Origin: Thermoanaerobaculia bacterium
GTDB taxonomy: Bacteria > Acidobacteriota > Thermoanaerobaculia > Multivoradales > Multivoraceae
DNA: 64,000 nucleotides
Direction of reading: 5' to 3'
NCBI GenBank assembly: GCA_965214805.1
Contig: OZ243982.1
Span: 2,840,982 to 2,904,981 of the forward strand
Made by a program: the position numbers and the translations under genes. Below the pieces are notes generated by a model. The model saw nothing but the letters and a program-made list of their open reading frames with translations, was not told where the DNA came from and did no database searches. Positions 20,343-34,910 of the stretch are shown one piece after another (position 1 is the stretch's first letter; each line of letters starts with the position of its first letter).

Positions 20343-21016
20343 TCAGCCGCCGAGCATCTTCTCCCTGCGCTCGGCGCGGCTGAACGTGAGTGCGACGATG
20401 GCGACGATCGCGAGAGCGACGCCGATGCGGTTCTGAACGTTCAGCGCGAGCATCTGCGCTGCGTCGGCGTCTTCCACCGCGAGCGGATTCCAGAAAGGCG
20501 AGATGCGGAACGAGCCAAGCAGCCTGTTGAGGCCGAGGAGGCCGACCGTGGCCAGGGACCCTGCCACCTCGCTGCGGAACAGCGTTCCGAAGCCCATCGC
20601 CGCGGCGAGGTAGAAGACGACCCCCTGAGCGGCGCCGTAGAGAGTCGGCAGGATCGGGAAGTCGGTGAAGAAGGCGTAGGTGACGGCGGCCAGGAGAACC
20701 AGGCTCGAGAGCAGCATCAGGATCGCGGCGGCGAGCTTGCCGAGCCAGACGCGATGGGCGCCTCCGGGCACGGTGTAGGCGATCTCCAGGCTGTGCTGGT
20801 CAAGTTCGCCGGTGATGGTCCGCCCGCCCAGAAAGACGGCGAGAACCGCTGCCGGCACGCCGATCAGACCGTTCTGCGCCGCCGCCGGGTCCATGCTGGC
20901 CCGCATTCCGGCCACCAGCATGATCGCCTGTATCCCCAGCCACAGCAGGGGCAGGAAAGGCAGCAGCCAGTACCTGCGCCCGGCAAGCAGGACCGCGGAC
21001 GTGCGCAGCACGGTGA

Positions 21017-21020
<4 letters not shown>
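20343..21020 (-). CDS. ABC-2-like multi-pass membrane protein (paralogue 1)
   Basis: GTG start overlaps the upstream TGA; GELDQHSLEIAYTVPGGAHRVWLGKL; ends AERREKMLGG like the 18954 gene. Confidence 0.78.
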
Positions 21021-25837
<4,817 letters not shown>

Positions 25838-25864
25838 GGACCTGCTTTCAAGGCGTGTTCCCGG

Positions 25865-28800
25865 TCAGGCGTCGGGTTTCGGGCGTCGCGGGCCGCCGCC
25901 GCGGCCGGCCAGGATCAGGTACAGGCAGGGCAGCACGAGCAGCGAACCGACGGTGGAGGTCACGATGCCGCCGATGATCGTGTAGGCCATCGGGCTCCGC
26001 AGTTCAGCCGCCTCGCCGGCGCCGGCGGCGAGCGGTGCCAGAACCAGCACCGTGGTGAGTGTCGTCATGAGGATCGGCCGCAGCCGGATCGCGGCGGCGC
26101 GGGCCAGGGCCTTCCGCCGCTCGACGCCGGCGGCCATCAGCCGCCGCGCGGCGGCGATCAGCAGGACAGCGTCGTTGACCGCGACGCCGGCGAGCACGAT
26201 CAGGCCGAGCAGGGCCATCACTCCGACAGGCTTTCCGAGCGGTCCCAGCGTGCAGGCCACGCCGACCAGGGCCAGCGGGATGGAGAACAGCACGGTGAGC
26301 GGCTGCAGCAGGGACTCGAACGTCCCCGCCAGGACCATCAGCACGAGGACCAGCGCCAGCACGCCGGCAAGACGCAGTTCCGACGTGGCCCGCTTCCGCT
26401 CTTCTTCCTCCCCGGCCAGCCGGACGATCAACCCGGGGGGCAGCTCGGTGGCGGCGATCGCGGCGTTTGCGGCGGCGACGGCGCTGGGGTAGTCGCTGCC
26501 CTCGGCGATCCGGGCTGTCACCTGGGCCACGCGGCGCTGGTCTCGGCGGAATACCTCGCGCGCCCCTTCGGTGGGCACGAAACGGGCGACCTGACCGAGA
26601 ACCAGGTCGGCTCCGGCGCTGCTCGTGAAGCGCAGCCCGGCAAGTTCCTCGGGCCGGGGCTGGGGCAGCGAGAGGACGACGTGGCGCTCCTCGTCGCCCA
26701 CCGAAAGCAGGGTGACCTTGCGGCCGTCCAGCGCCGACTGGAGCACGCGGGCGATCGTTTCCAGATCGACGCCCAGACCGTCGGCCATCGCCCGGTCGAG
26801 TTCGATCCGCAGTTCCGGCGGCCCGCCCTCGAAGGACGAACGGACGTTCCAGAGTTCCTCGCGGGCGGCCAGGGCACCGCGCAGGCTGGTCGCGGCGGCG
26901 CGCAGATCGGGCAGCGACTGACCGGCGAACTCGACCGCGATCGGCGGCCCGGACGAACCCAGCGCCTCTGCCAGAGCGGAGGCGCCGACCTCCCATTCGA
27001 TCTCCGTGCCCGGCAGGTCGGTGAAGTTCGGCGACAGGGCGCCGACGATCTGGCTGCCGGCGGGACCCTCGGCCGACATCCGCACCAGGAGTCGCGCCGT
27101 GTTCTCCTCGGTCAGTTCGGTGGTCACCAGCCGGTCGTCCTCCGGCAACCGGCCGACTTCTGCCTGGATCGCCTCCAGGTGCTCGCCGGCGGCCTGCCGC
27201 ACGGCCTCTTCGAGCGTGGATACGGCGGCCGCCGTCGCCTCCACGCGCTGGCCCGGCGGTCCGACCATGCGGACCGAGAACTGCCGAGGGTCGGCCGGGG
27301 GCAGCAGTTCGCCGCCCAGGCCGAGCAGGACGTTCACCGCGGCCGCGGCGGCCAGTACGGCCGCTCCGACGACGACCCAACGCAGACGCAGGAGGAAAAG
27401 CACCAGCCGCTCCAGCGCTCCGAAGGCCCAGCCGAGGGGGCGCGCTTCGCCGCCTTCCGGTTCGGTTGGCGATCCGTCGGCGGCTTCGGCTGCCGCCGCG
27501 TCGGCGTCGGCCGCGGGCAGCGAGCGCGGCAGGAACCAGCGCGACAGGGCCGGGATCAACATCATCGCGACGGCGAGCGAAGCGGCCAGCGACGCGGTGA
27601 CCGTGAAGGCGATGCCCTCGATCAACCGCGCGGCCAGCCCCTGCACGAAGAGGACCGGCAGGAAGACGACGCAGGTGGTCAGCGTCGAGGCGGCGATTGC
27701 GCCCGCGACGTCGCCGGTGCCGCGGGCGGCGCTCTCGGCCGCCGACACGCCGGGCCGGTGGCGCCGATGGATGCTCTCGACGACGACGATCGCGTTGTCC
27801 ACCAGCATGCCGGCGCCGAGCGCCAGGCCGGCCAGCGTGATGATGTTGAGCGAGTGGTCCCACAGGCGCATCGCGAACAGGGCGACGAAAAGGGAAACGG
27901 GCACCGCGGAGGCGACCACCACGGTCGGACCGAAGGCGCGCAGGAACAGGGCCAGCACGACGACGGCGAGCGCGATGCCGACCAGCGCGGCGTTCTGCAG
28001 ATCGGCCATCGCGTCCTCGACCAGGGCGGCGTCGTCGCTCACCATGGATACCTGGACCCGTGGCAGGTCGAGTTCCAGGTCTTCCAGCGCCGATCTGACG
28101 GTGCGCGAGACCTCGACCGTGTTCGCACCGGCCTCCTTGAACACCTGCAGGCCTACGCCCTCGCGGCCGTTCACGCGCACCAGGTGGTCGATCTCGGCGT
28201 CGGCGACTTCGACCTCCGCGACATCGGAAATCCGGATCGGCTGACGGGTCTCCCGGCCGGCGGCGCCCGCCTGCGTTCGATACCGGATCACGACTCGCTC
28301 GACGTCGCGCGGGTTGCGGAAACGCGAGATGCCGCGGACCAGGAAGACCTGTCCACGGTCCTCCAGGGTCCCGGCGTCGATGTCGACGTTCTCGGCTACC
28401 AGGCGCTGCTCGATCTGGCTCAGGGTCACGCCGAACGCCTGCATGCGATAGCGGTCGACCCGCACGCGCACTTCCAGCTCGCGCCCGCCCAGCACCCGCA
28501 CTTCGGCGACATCGGCAAGTTGCTCCATGGCGGGCGCGACCTGCCGCCGGGCCAGCCGCCGGAGCTCGGCGAGATCGGGGCCGTCCGGCTCGGCGGCGAG
28601 CCCCAGAGTCATCACCGGGGACTGCCTGGGGTCGAGCTGACGCACGAGGACCTCGTCGACCTCCGGGTCGGCCGCGACCGGGTTGATCGACTTCTGGACC
28701 TCGATCAGGGCCAGGTCCATGTCGGCCTCCCAGTCGAAGCGGACGGTCGCGATCAGGCGGCCGGTGCGGGCGACCTGCTGGACCTCGCGGATGCCGCGCA

Positions 28801-29041
28801 CGGTGAACAGACGCTGCTCGACCTGCTCGCCGTAGATCCGCTCCATTTCCGTCGGCGGCCGGTCGCCGGAGCGCACCGCGACGACGATCGTCGGCGACCG
28901 CAGGTCGGGGAGGAGGTCGATCGGCAGTTCGCGCCACGACATCCAGCCCACGAGGGCGAACGCCAGGGCCGTGACGGTGACCGCCACGGGACGCCGGGCG
29001 GCAAGTCGGGCCGGGCCGGAGCCTCCACCGATGGCAGTCAT
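25865..29041 (-). CDS. AcrB/MdtB-type RND permease
   Basis: RRPVAVTV, LPIDLLPDL, GMLVDNAIVVVE, ASTLTT, RLRPILMTT. Confidence 0.92.
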   Translation of the reverse strand: MTAIGGGSGPARLAARRPVAVTVTALAFALVGWMSWRELPIDLLPDLRSPTIVVAVRSGDRPPTEMERIYGEQVEQRLFTVRGIREVQQVARTGRLIATVRFDWEADMDLALIEVQKSINPVAADPEVDEVLVRQLDPRQSPVMTLGLAAEPDGPDLAELRRLARRQVAPAMEQLADVAEVRVLGGRELEVRVRVDRYRMQAFGVTLSQIEQRLVAENVDIDAGTLEDRGQVFLVRGISRFRNPRDVERVVIRYRTQAGAAGRETRQPIRISDVAEVEVADAEIDHLVRVNGREGVGLQVFKEAGANTVEVSRTVRSALEDLELDLPRVQVSMVSDDAALVEDAMADLQNAALVGIALAVVVLALFLRAFGPTVVVASAVPVSLFVALFAMRLWDHSLNIITLAGLALGAGMLVDNAIVVVESIHRRHRPGVSAAESAARGTGDVAGAIAASTLTTCVVFLPVLFVQGLAARLIEGIAFTVTASLAASLAVAMMLIPALSRWFLPRSLPAADADAAAAEAADGSPTEPEGGEARPLGWAFGALERLVLFLLRLRWVVVGAAVLAAAAAVNVLLGLGGELLPPADPRQFSVRMVGPPGQRVEATAAAVSTLEEAVRQAAGEHLEAIQAEVGRLPEDDRLVTTELTEENTARLLVRMSAEGPAGSQIVGALSPNFTDLPGTEIEWEVGASALAEALGSSGPPIAVEFAGQSLPDLRAAATSLRGALAAREELWNVRSSFEGGPPELRIELDRAMADGLGVDLETIARVLQSALDGRKVTLLSVGDEERHVVLSLPQPRPEELAGLRFTSSAGADLVLGQVARFVPTEGAREVFRRDQRRVAQVTARIAEGSDYPSAVAAANAAIAATELPPGLIVRLAGEEEERKRATSELRLAGVLALVLVLMVLAGTFESLLQPLTVLFSIPLALVGVACTLGPLGKPVGVMALLGLIVLAGVAVNDAVLLIAAARRLMAAGVERRKALARAAAIRLRPILMTTLTTVLVLAPLAAGAGEAAELRSPMAYTIIGGIVTSTVGSLLVLPCLYLILAGRGGGPRRPKPDA

Positions 29042-29067
29042 GGTTGCCCGACCTCGTAGTGGGCGCG

Positions 29068-30174
29068 TCAGCCGGAGACGCGGACGCGGGTGCCGTCGGT
29101 CAGGGTCTCGAGTCCGCGGACGACGATCCGCTCGCCGGGCTCGAGCCCCTGGCGGACCTCGGCGATCTCGTCGTCGCCGAGACCGAGGACGACTTCGCGC
29201 CGTACGGCGCGCTGGCCGTCGAGCACGAACACGACCCGGCGGCCGCCGCGCTCGGTGACGGCCTCGCGGGGAACCACCGGCACGGCGGCGCGCTGTTCGA
29301 CGACCAGGGTGACCTCGACGAACATGCCGGGCCGGAGCAGGCCTCCAGGGTTGTTGACCGCGACCTCGGCGCGGAACGTGTGGGTCGTCGGGTCGACCTC
29401 GGGGGAGAGGCGGACGACGGCGCCCTCGAAGGCGAGGTCTTCCCAGGCGAAGTGGCGGAGCCGGCCCCTCTGGCCGGGGCGTACCCGCGCCAGTTCCGGA
29501 CCCACGAGGTCGATGTCGGCGACCAGCGAGTCGACGGGGGCGATCCGCGCCACCTGGAATCCCTGCGACACGAGCTGTCCGTCGGCAATCGGCATGCCGC
29601 CGGCGTCGCGGGCGATCTCCATCAGCACGCCGCCGATCGGGGTCAGCATCCTGGCGCGGTCCTCGGTGAGCAGGCTCTGCTCCCAGGTCGCCTTGGCGTC
29701 CTCGAGCGCCGTCTCCGCCCGGCGCAGCTCTTCGGCGGCGATCAGTTCCTGCTCGAACAGCTTCGCGCGGGCGTCGCGCTCCGCGAGTGCGCCCCGATAC
29801 GCCTGGTGGGTGGCTTCGACCCGCGCGGCGAGCCGCGCGTCCTCGCCCGTGACTTCGGCGATCAGCTGGTCGGGCACGACGGCGTCGCCTTCGGCCAGGC
29901 GGCTGCCGTCCCGGTTGCGTCCGATCTGCAGTCGGCCGGGCGTCTCGACCTGCAGCACGATGGTCTCTGCGGCCCGCAGCGTGCCGGTGGCGACGATCAG
30001 GTCTTCGACGTTGCCGGTCGTCACTTCGGCGGCACTCACCGGAACCAGGAAATCGACCGTGTCCGTCGTGTTCGGGGCCTGGCAGCCGACGATCGAGGCG
30101 CAGGCGGCAGCCGTGGCGAGCAGTCGCGGCGGCAGCCGAAGCGCGGCCGAAGAAGAGGCTCGGCGGGCCCTCAC
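29068..30174 (-). CDS. RND membrane fusion protein (lipoprotein)
   Basis: SIVGC lipobox, TPIGGV, SPEVDPTTHTF, LRPGMFV, GLEPGERIVVRG; GTG overlaps the upstream stop. Confidence 0.9.
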   Translation of the reverse strand: MRARRASSSAALRLPPRLLATAAACASIVGCQAPNTTDTVDFLVPVSAAEVTTGNVEDLIVATGTLRAAETIVLQVETPGRLQIGRNRDGSRLAEGDAVVPDQLIAEVTGEDARLAARVEATHQAYRGALAERDARAKLFEQELIAAEELRRAETALEDAKATWEQSLLTEDRARMLTPIGGVLMEIARDAGGMPIADGQLVSQGFQVARIAPVDSLVADIDLVGPELARVRPGQRGRLRHFAWEDLAFEGAVVRLSPEVDPTTHTFRAEVAVNNPGGLLRPGMFVEVTLVVEQRAAVPVVPREAVTERGGRRVVFVLDGQRAVRREVVLGLGDDEIAEVRQGLEPGERIVVRGLETLTDGTRVRVSG

Positions 30175-33100
30175 GGCGCACCGCCTCCGGCGGTCGTCTC
30201 GGTGCCGGCGCCGTTGTCGAGGCGCACGAACCGCACCGCGTCGGCGGCCACGACGTTGCCGGTCGTGTCGTCGCTCAGTTCGAGTTCCACCGTCCCCGCG
30301 GCGAGATCGAAGTCGCCCAGAACCGCCCAGCCGATGCCTGCCCCCTGGGCGTCGAAGTCGATCGGATGCGAACTGCCGCCGTTGCGCAGCTCGAGGTCGT
30401 AGGCGCCCAGGTTCAGACCGAAGGACACGGCGACCTGGGCGCCGCCGGTGTCGCCGGGCGGACCGCCATCCCCGCCGCCGATCCGCACCTCGCGTCTGAT
30501 CTCGCTTCCTCCGGGGACGGGCGACAGGGAGGGCACGTGCATCTCGACACGCCAGCGCCCGGCCGCGGGAAGTTCGGCCCGGTAGGCGGCGCGCCGGCTG
30601 CCGTCTCCCTTCGAGACGAGCGCTGTGGTCCGGCGGTAGCGGCCCCAGCTCGACGGCTGTTCGTAGCGCGACCACGTGGACGGCGCTCCGGAGAAGATCT
30701 GGAAGACCGGCAGCCCCTGATCGGTTTCGACCGTGGGTGCGAAGAAGCCTGCCAGGCCGCCTCGGAGTCTGATGCCGTCGGCTTTCTCCTCGTCCGTCGC
30801 CACGGAGAAACCGGGGTCCAGATCGTCGACGACGATCGTGTGCGTGCCGGAGTCCAGGAACGACGGCATCCAGGCGGCCGGCCGGGCACCGCGCAGCGGT
30901 TCGCTGTCGGTGATCGTCTCGTTGTCGACTCGCGGCAGCTCGACCGGGAACTCGCGCCGATTCAGGGAAAGATACGGCGAGGCGAGCATCGTTACCGGCG
31001 GCCGGGAGGTGACGAGACCCAGCTCGACCGTCGTGTTGCCGGCGATCAGGACCGGTTCGCTCGAATCCCGGCGGGGGCCGCTCGGGCTGCGCACCGTGTA
31101 GCGGAGCCGGAACAGGCCGGGCGTCTCTTCGCCGTTGCGAACGAACAGGCGCGTCTGATAGCGGGGCACGCCCTGGTCGTCGTCCGGCAGCCGTTCGATT
31201 TCGGCAGGCGAAACCAGGAAACCCGGCAGTTCGGTCTGATGCAGGAAATCGCCGACCATGCCTGCCAGGTCGACGCCTGCCTCGTCGGCGGCGCGGTAGA
31301 GATCGTCCGCGGTGAAGGTCGAACCCCGGTGGTCGCGGAGCAGGTTGGCCATCATGGCGGCGGCGCGCTCGCGCCCGGCGCCGTCGAGAATCGCGGAGGC
31401 CAGGGCGGAGGTCTTGAGATAGAGCGCGTTCACGGCGCGCTTCGGATCCTCCTCCGTTTCCAGCTCGGCGAGGGAACTGCCGAGCACGGCGTCCCAGGTT
31501 CCGGGCCGGTCGGTGATGCTCCTGACGATGCCGGCGGCTGCCGTGCCGCCGCCGGCCGTGAACTGACCGGTAAATCCTCCCTGCATCGCGCTGGCGATCG
31601 TCCAGCCGAACTCCCGATCGAACAGGTGAGCCGAGAAGTACGACTCGCCGCCGTTCACCAGCCGGTTCACGAGGTTCTGGCACAACGCCTCGAGCGCCAG
31701 CGCCTCGGGGCCGCGGGCGCCGGTCTGATGGAGGAACAGGTTGCGCACGCCGCCGACCTCGACGTTGCCGCCGACGAAGTCGGTGCGGAAGAACTGCTGC
31801 AGCCCGTTCGCCTTGGCCCGCGGGAACCCTCCTTCCTGGTCCTCGTAACGCTCCGGATTGCGGAACCGGAACTCGAAGCGGGAGGTCGGCAGGCCGCTTT
31901 CGCTCAGCAGGAGCATGCCGGGCGGCGCGCGCTCCGAGTCCATGCGCCAGCCGCCGCCATAGGCGCGCAGGGTCCAGGGCACTTCGACCAGCGTCAGCTG
32001 ACGGTAGGGGTAGGGCATCCCGAGTTCGCGGGCGGTGACGAAACGCTCGGCGGCCAGGGTCTCGATCTCCTCCCTGGCGTCGGCGAAGAAGTCCAGGTTC
32101 CGCAGGTGGCCGGGGTGGAAGAGGACTTCGACCTCGATGCCCTCGATCGCCGTCGTTCGACGCTCGAATCGGCCGGCGACCAGCATGGCCTCGGGCACCG
32201 AACCTGCGGGCGCGAAGCGTTGGCCGTCACCGGTCGGCTGCGCTCTGCCCGGCCCCGCGACCGTCCAGCCGGAGGGGGTTCGGACCTCGAGGTCGAGTTC
32301 GAAGAAGTCGCGGGGCCGCTGCCGGGGATCGTCCACGCCTACCGACGCTCCAGGGCGCGGAAGCCACGCCAGAGAGGCGGGGAGTGCGACGAAGTTGCGT
32401 TCGACGAAGCCGTTCAGGTTGCCGAGAATGACGATCTGGGCGTCCTGCCACTCGATCCTGCTGAAGTCGATTGCCGCGTCGAGGTAGGCGAAACGGAGGT
32501 CGGGACGCCCGTGGGCGCGTATCCGGACGCCTGCGGCCTGGCCCGAGGCCGGCGTCGAGCCGATGTCGATGTCGAGCAGGCCGTTGTCGTGGCTGAAGTG
32601 GAGCGCCTCGCCGCTCGCGGCCCAGACGCCGTCCACGTCGAGACCCGGATTCAGGCTGAACATGGGGGCGGCGCCAACCGCCGGTACGAAGTGGACTTCG
32701 AGGTCGAGGGTCAGACGCCCGCCGCGTTCGAGGTCGACCGAGCCGCGGATCGCCTGCAGATCGACGACGGGGTCGGCGCGGCGCTGCTCGTGGGCGTCGC
32801 GCCACGCGTCACGCTCGGCGAGCCGGTTCGTGCTCCACGTGATCGTCGCGAAGATGACCGCGGCGCCGGCCAGCAGCCCGGCGCCGCCCGCGATCCCCCA
32901 CGTCTTCCGTCTGGTGTCGTCGAGTCGGGGATGGACGGCGACGGCGACGGCCAGCAGACCGGCGCCCAGCAGCGCGAAGCTGCCCCGGTTCAACAGGTTG
33001 ATGCCGGTCCAGATCTGGGGCGCCACGTCAGAGATGCTGCTGACGAACCCGCCGCCGAGCGCCAGCGAAGGCAGCATGTGGACCGGTACCCGGAAACTCA

Positions 33101-33704
33101 GGAACGTGCTTCCCACGGCCAGGCCCACGCCCGCCAGGGCGGCGATCAGGCGGTTGTTGACGACCAGGGAAACGGCCTGCACGAAGGCGACGTAGACGGC
33201 GAGTGCGGGCAGCGCCTCGATCAGGAGGTAGGCCCACACGGAACTCCAGACTGCCGGTTCGCCGAACCACCAGCCGAAGGCGACACCCGCGTGGCCGAAG
33301 CTCTGGATGATGATCATGGCGACGATCGCCACGCCCCAGACCATGAACAGAGCCCCGAAGAAGCGTCCGAGCACGAGTTCGGCGTTCGAGTAGGGCCGGC
33401 TGTCGAGCACTTCGATCATGCGGTCGCGCCGGTCGCGGGCCCGCAGGTCGAAGGCGAGGAAGACGACGCCGACTCCGAGCACCAGCGTCTGCCACAACGC
33501 AGTCTGGCTGAGCAGGAACCTGGGGCTGAAGGAGCCGGCGGAGGCCGAGAAACCGGAGGCCAGGCCGTGGATGACCCAGAAGTAGGCGTACTGGATGAGG
33601 CAGAAGAACAGCGCCACGACCGAGAACAGCCAGAAGCGGAACAGCCGGCGGATGGTGCGCATCTCCGCGCGGGCAAGCGACGAGACGTTGGCAAGCGAGA
33701 TCAG
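30171..33704 (-). CDS. ABC-2 permease fused to an M1-aminopeptidase-like ectodomain (no HEXXH) and a golvesin/xanthan-lyase-like C-terminal domain
   Basis: N-terminal TMs with RDRRDRMIEVLDSRP; PYPYRQLTLVEVP; YLKTSAL...FTADDL; VVAADAVRFV; likely CTG start at 33704 (alternative ATG at 33662). Confidence 0.75.
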   Translation of the reverse strand: MISLANVSSLARAEMRTIRRLFRFWLFSVVALFFCLIQYAYFWVIHGLASGFSASAGSFSPRFLLSQTALWQTLVLGVGVVFLAFDLRARDRRDRMIEVLDSRPYSNAELVLGRFFGALFMVWGVAIVAMIIIQSFGHAGVAFGWWFGEPAVWSSVWAYLLIEALPALAVYVAFVQAVSLVVNNRLIAALAGVGLAVGSTFLSFRVPVHMLPSLALGGGFVSSISDVAPQIWTGINLLNRGSFALLGAGLLAVAVAVHPRLDDTRRKTWGIAGGAGLLAGAAVIFATITWSTNRLAERDAWRDAHEQRRADPVVDLQAIRGSVDLERGGRLTLDLEVHFVPAVGAAPMFSLNPGLDVDGVWAASGEALHFSHDNGLLDIDIGSTPASGQAAGVRIRAHGRPDLRFAYLDAAIDFSRIEWQDAQIVILGNLNGFVERNFVALPASLAWLPRPGASVGVDDPRQRPRDFFELDLEVRTPSGWTVAGPGRAQPTGDGQRFAPAGSVPEAMLVAGRFERRTTAIEGIEVEVLFHPGHLRNLDFFADAREEIETLAAERFVTARELGMPYPYRQLTLVEVPWTLRAYGGGWRMDSERAPPGMLLLSESGLPTSRFEFRFRNPERYEDQEGGFPRAKANGLQQFFRTDFVGGNVEVGGVRNLFLHQTGARGPEALALEALCQNLVNRLVNGGESYFSAHLFDREFGWTIASAMQGGFTGQFTAGGGTAAAGIVRSITDRPGTWDAVLGSSLAELETEEDPKRAVNALYLKTSALASAILDGAGRERAAAMMANLLRDHRGSTFTADDLYRAADEAGVDLAGMVGDFLHQTELPGFLVSPAEIERLPDDDQGVPRYQTRLFVRNGEETPGLFRLRYTVRSPSGPRRDSSEPVLIAGNTTVELGLVTSRPPVTMLASPYLSLNRREFPVELPRVDNETITDSEPLRGARPAAWMPSFLDSGTHTIVVDDLDPGFSVATDEEKADGIRLRGGLAGFFAPTVETDQGLPVFQIFSGAPSTWSRYEQPSSWGRYRRTTALVSKGDGSRRAAYRAELPAAGRWRVEMHVPSLSPVPGGSEIRREVRIGGGDGGPPGDTGGAQVAVSFGLNLGAYDLELRNGGSSHPIDFDAQGAGIGWAVLGDFDLAAGTVELELSDDTTGNVVAADAVRFVRLDNGAGTETTAGGGAP

Positions 33705-34684
33705 GGTCGTGCCTCCTCTCCGGCAGCGTCCGCCGCGGCTTGCGGCGTGCCGAGGTCGGTTTCGCCGTGGCCGAAGTGCTCGTCGCCCACCACGGCCTCG
33801 GCGCGTCCTCGCGCGACCATGAAGGCGAGGTAGCCCTCCTCCAGCGTCGGCGCGTCGGCGATCCGGGCGCCTTCCGGAACGCCGCCCGGCGCGGCGACGG
33901 CGCGGTACGTGGCCTCGCCGGCGCCGTCCTTGCGCGAGACGATCTCGAAGTCTCCCTCGGGCTGCGGCGCCGACAGCGGCAGGGCGAGTTCGAAGACCTG
34001 ACCCGCGGCTCGTTCGAGCAATCGGGTCGGCGAACCCCGGAACACGACCTTGCCGGCGTCGAGAAGCGCCAGGTCGTTGCAGCCCGTGCCCAGATCGGCC
34101 ACGATGTGGGTGGAAAGAACGATGGTTCGTTCGCGCCCCAGGGTCGCCATCAGCTGGCGGAACCGGATGCGCTCCTCGGGGTCCAGACCGACGGTCGGTT
34201 CGTCGACCACGAGCAGACGCGGCTGATGGATCAGCGCCTGGGCGATGCCCAGTCGGCGGGTCATGCCGCCGGAGAGCTTCTTCACCTTGCGGTGGGCCAC
34301 GTCGCCCAGGCCGACGTCGTCGAGGACGGTGTCGACGCGCTCGCGCCGCGCCGTGCGGTCGTCAAGGCCGGACAGTTCGGCAAGACTGTCGAGCACCTCT
34401 TCCACGCGGTGCAGGCGCCAGGCGCCGAACTCCTGCGGCAGGTAGCCCAGCTGGGCGCGGACGGCGCGGCGCTCCCTGACCGCGTCGCGGCCGAACACGG
34501 TCACGGTTCCTTCGCTCGGCTGCAGCAGGGTGCAGACGATCCGCATCAGCGTGCTCTTGCCGGCGCCGTTGGGACCCAGCAGGCCGAACAGGCCGGCGCC
34601 GATCTCGAGATCCACGCCGTCCAGGGCGACCGTGCCGCCCTTGTAGACGTGGCGCAGGCCGCGCGCGGCCACTGTCGTGCTCAA
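33701..34684 (-). CDS. ABC transporter ATP-binding protein
   Basis: GPNGAGKST, YLPQ, LSGGM, VVDEPT, LSTH; GGAGGAGG RBS before the TTG start. Confidence 0.93.
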   Translation of the reverse strand: MSTTVAARGLRHVYKGGTVALDGVDLEIGAGLFGLLGPNGAGKSTLMRIVCTLLQPSEGTVTVFGRDAVRERRAVRAQLGYLPQEFGAWRLHRVEEVLDSLAELSGLDDRTARRERVDTVLDDVGLGDVAHRKVKKLSGGMTRRLGIAQALIHQPRLLVVDEPTVGLDPEERIRFRQLMATLGRERTIVLSTHIVADLGTGCNDLALLDAGKVVFRGSPTRLLERAAGQVFELALPLSAPQPEGDFEIVSRKDGAGEATYRAVAAPGGVPEGARIADAPTLEEGYLAFMVARGRAEAVVGDEHFGHGETDLGTPQAAADAAGEEARP

Positions 34685-34910
34685 GTTGCCTCCTCCCCGA
34701 GAATCTATACGGACGCGGGCAGCCCTGGTTGCGGTTCGAACCCGCCCGAGCGGCCGGAGACGATCCGCGACGCGGGCGAAACCCGCAGCCGAAACCCGCA
34801 GCGCAGGGGCGCGTAGAAGTCGGTATAGTATGCGGCTGTCCCCCACAGCCCTTCAACCGACAACTTCTCTGGACAGTTTCGTCCTGGAGATCCTCAGACG
34901 GAGGTTCCGA

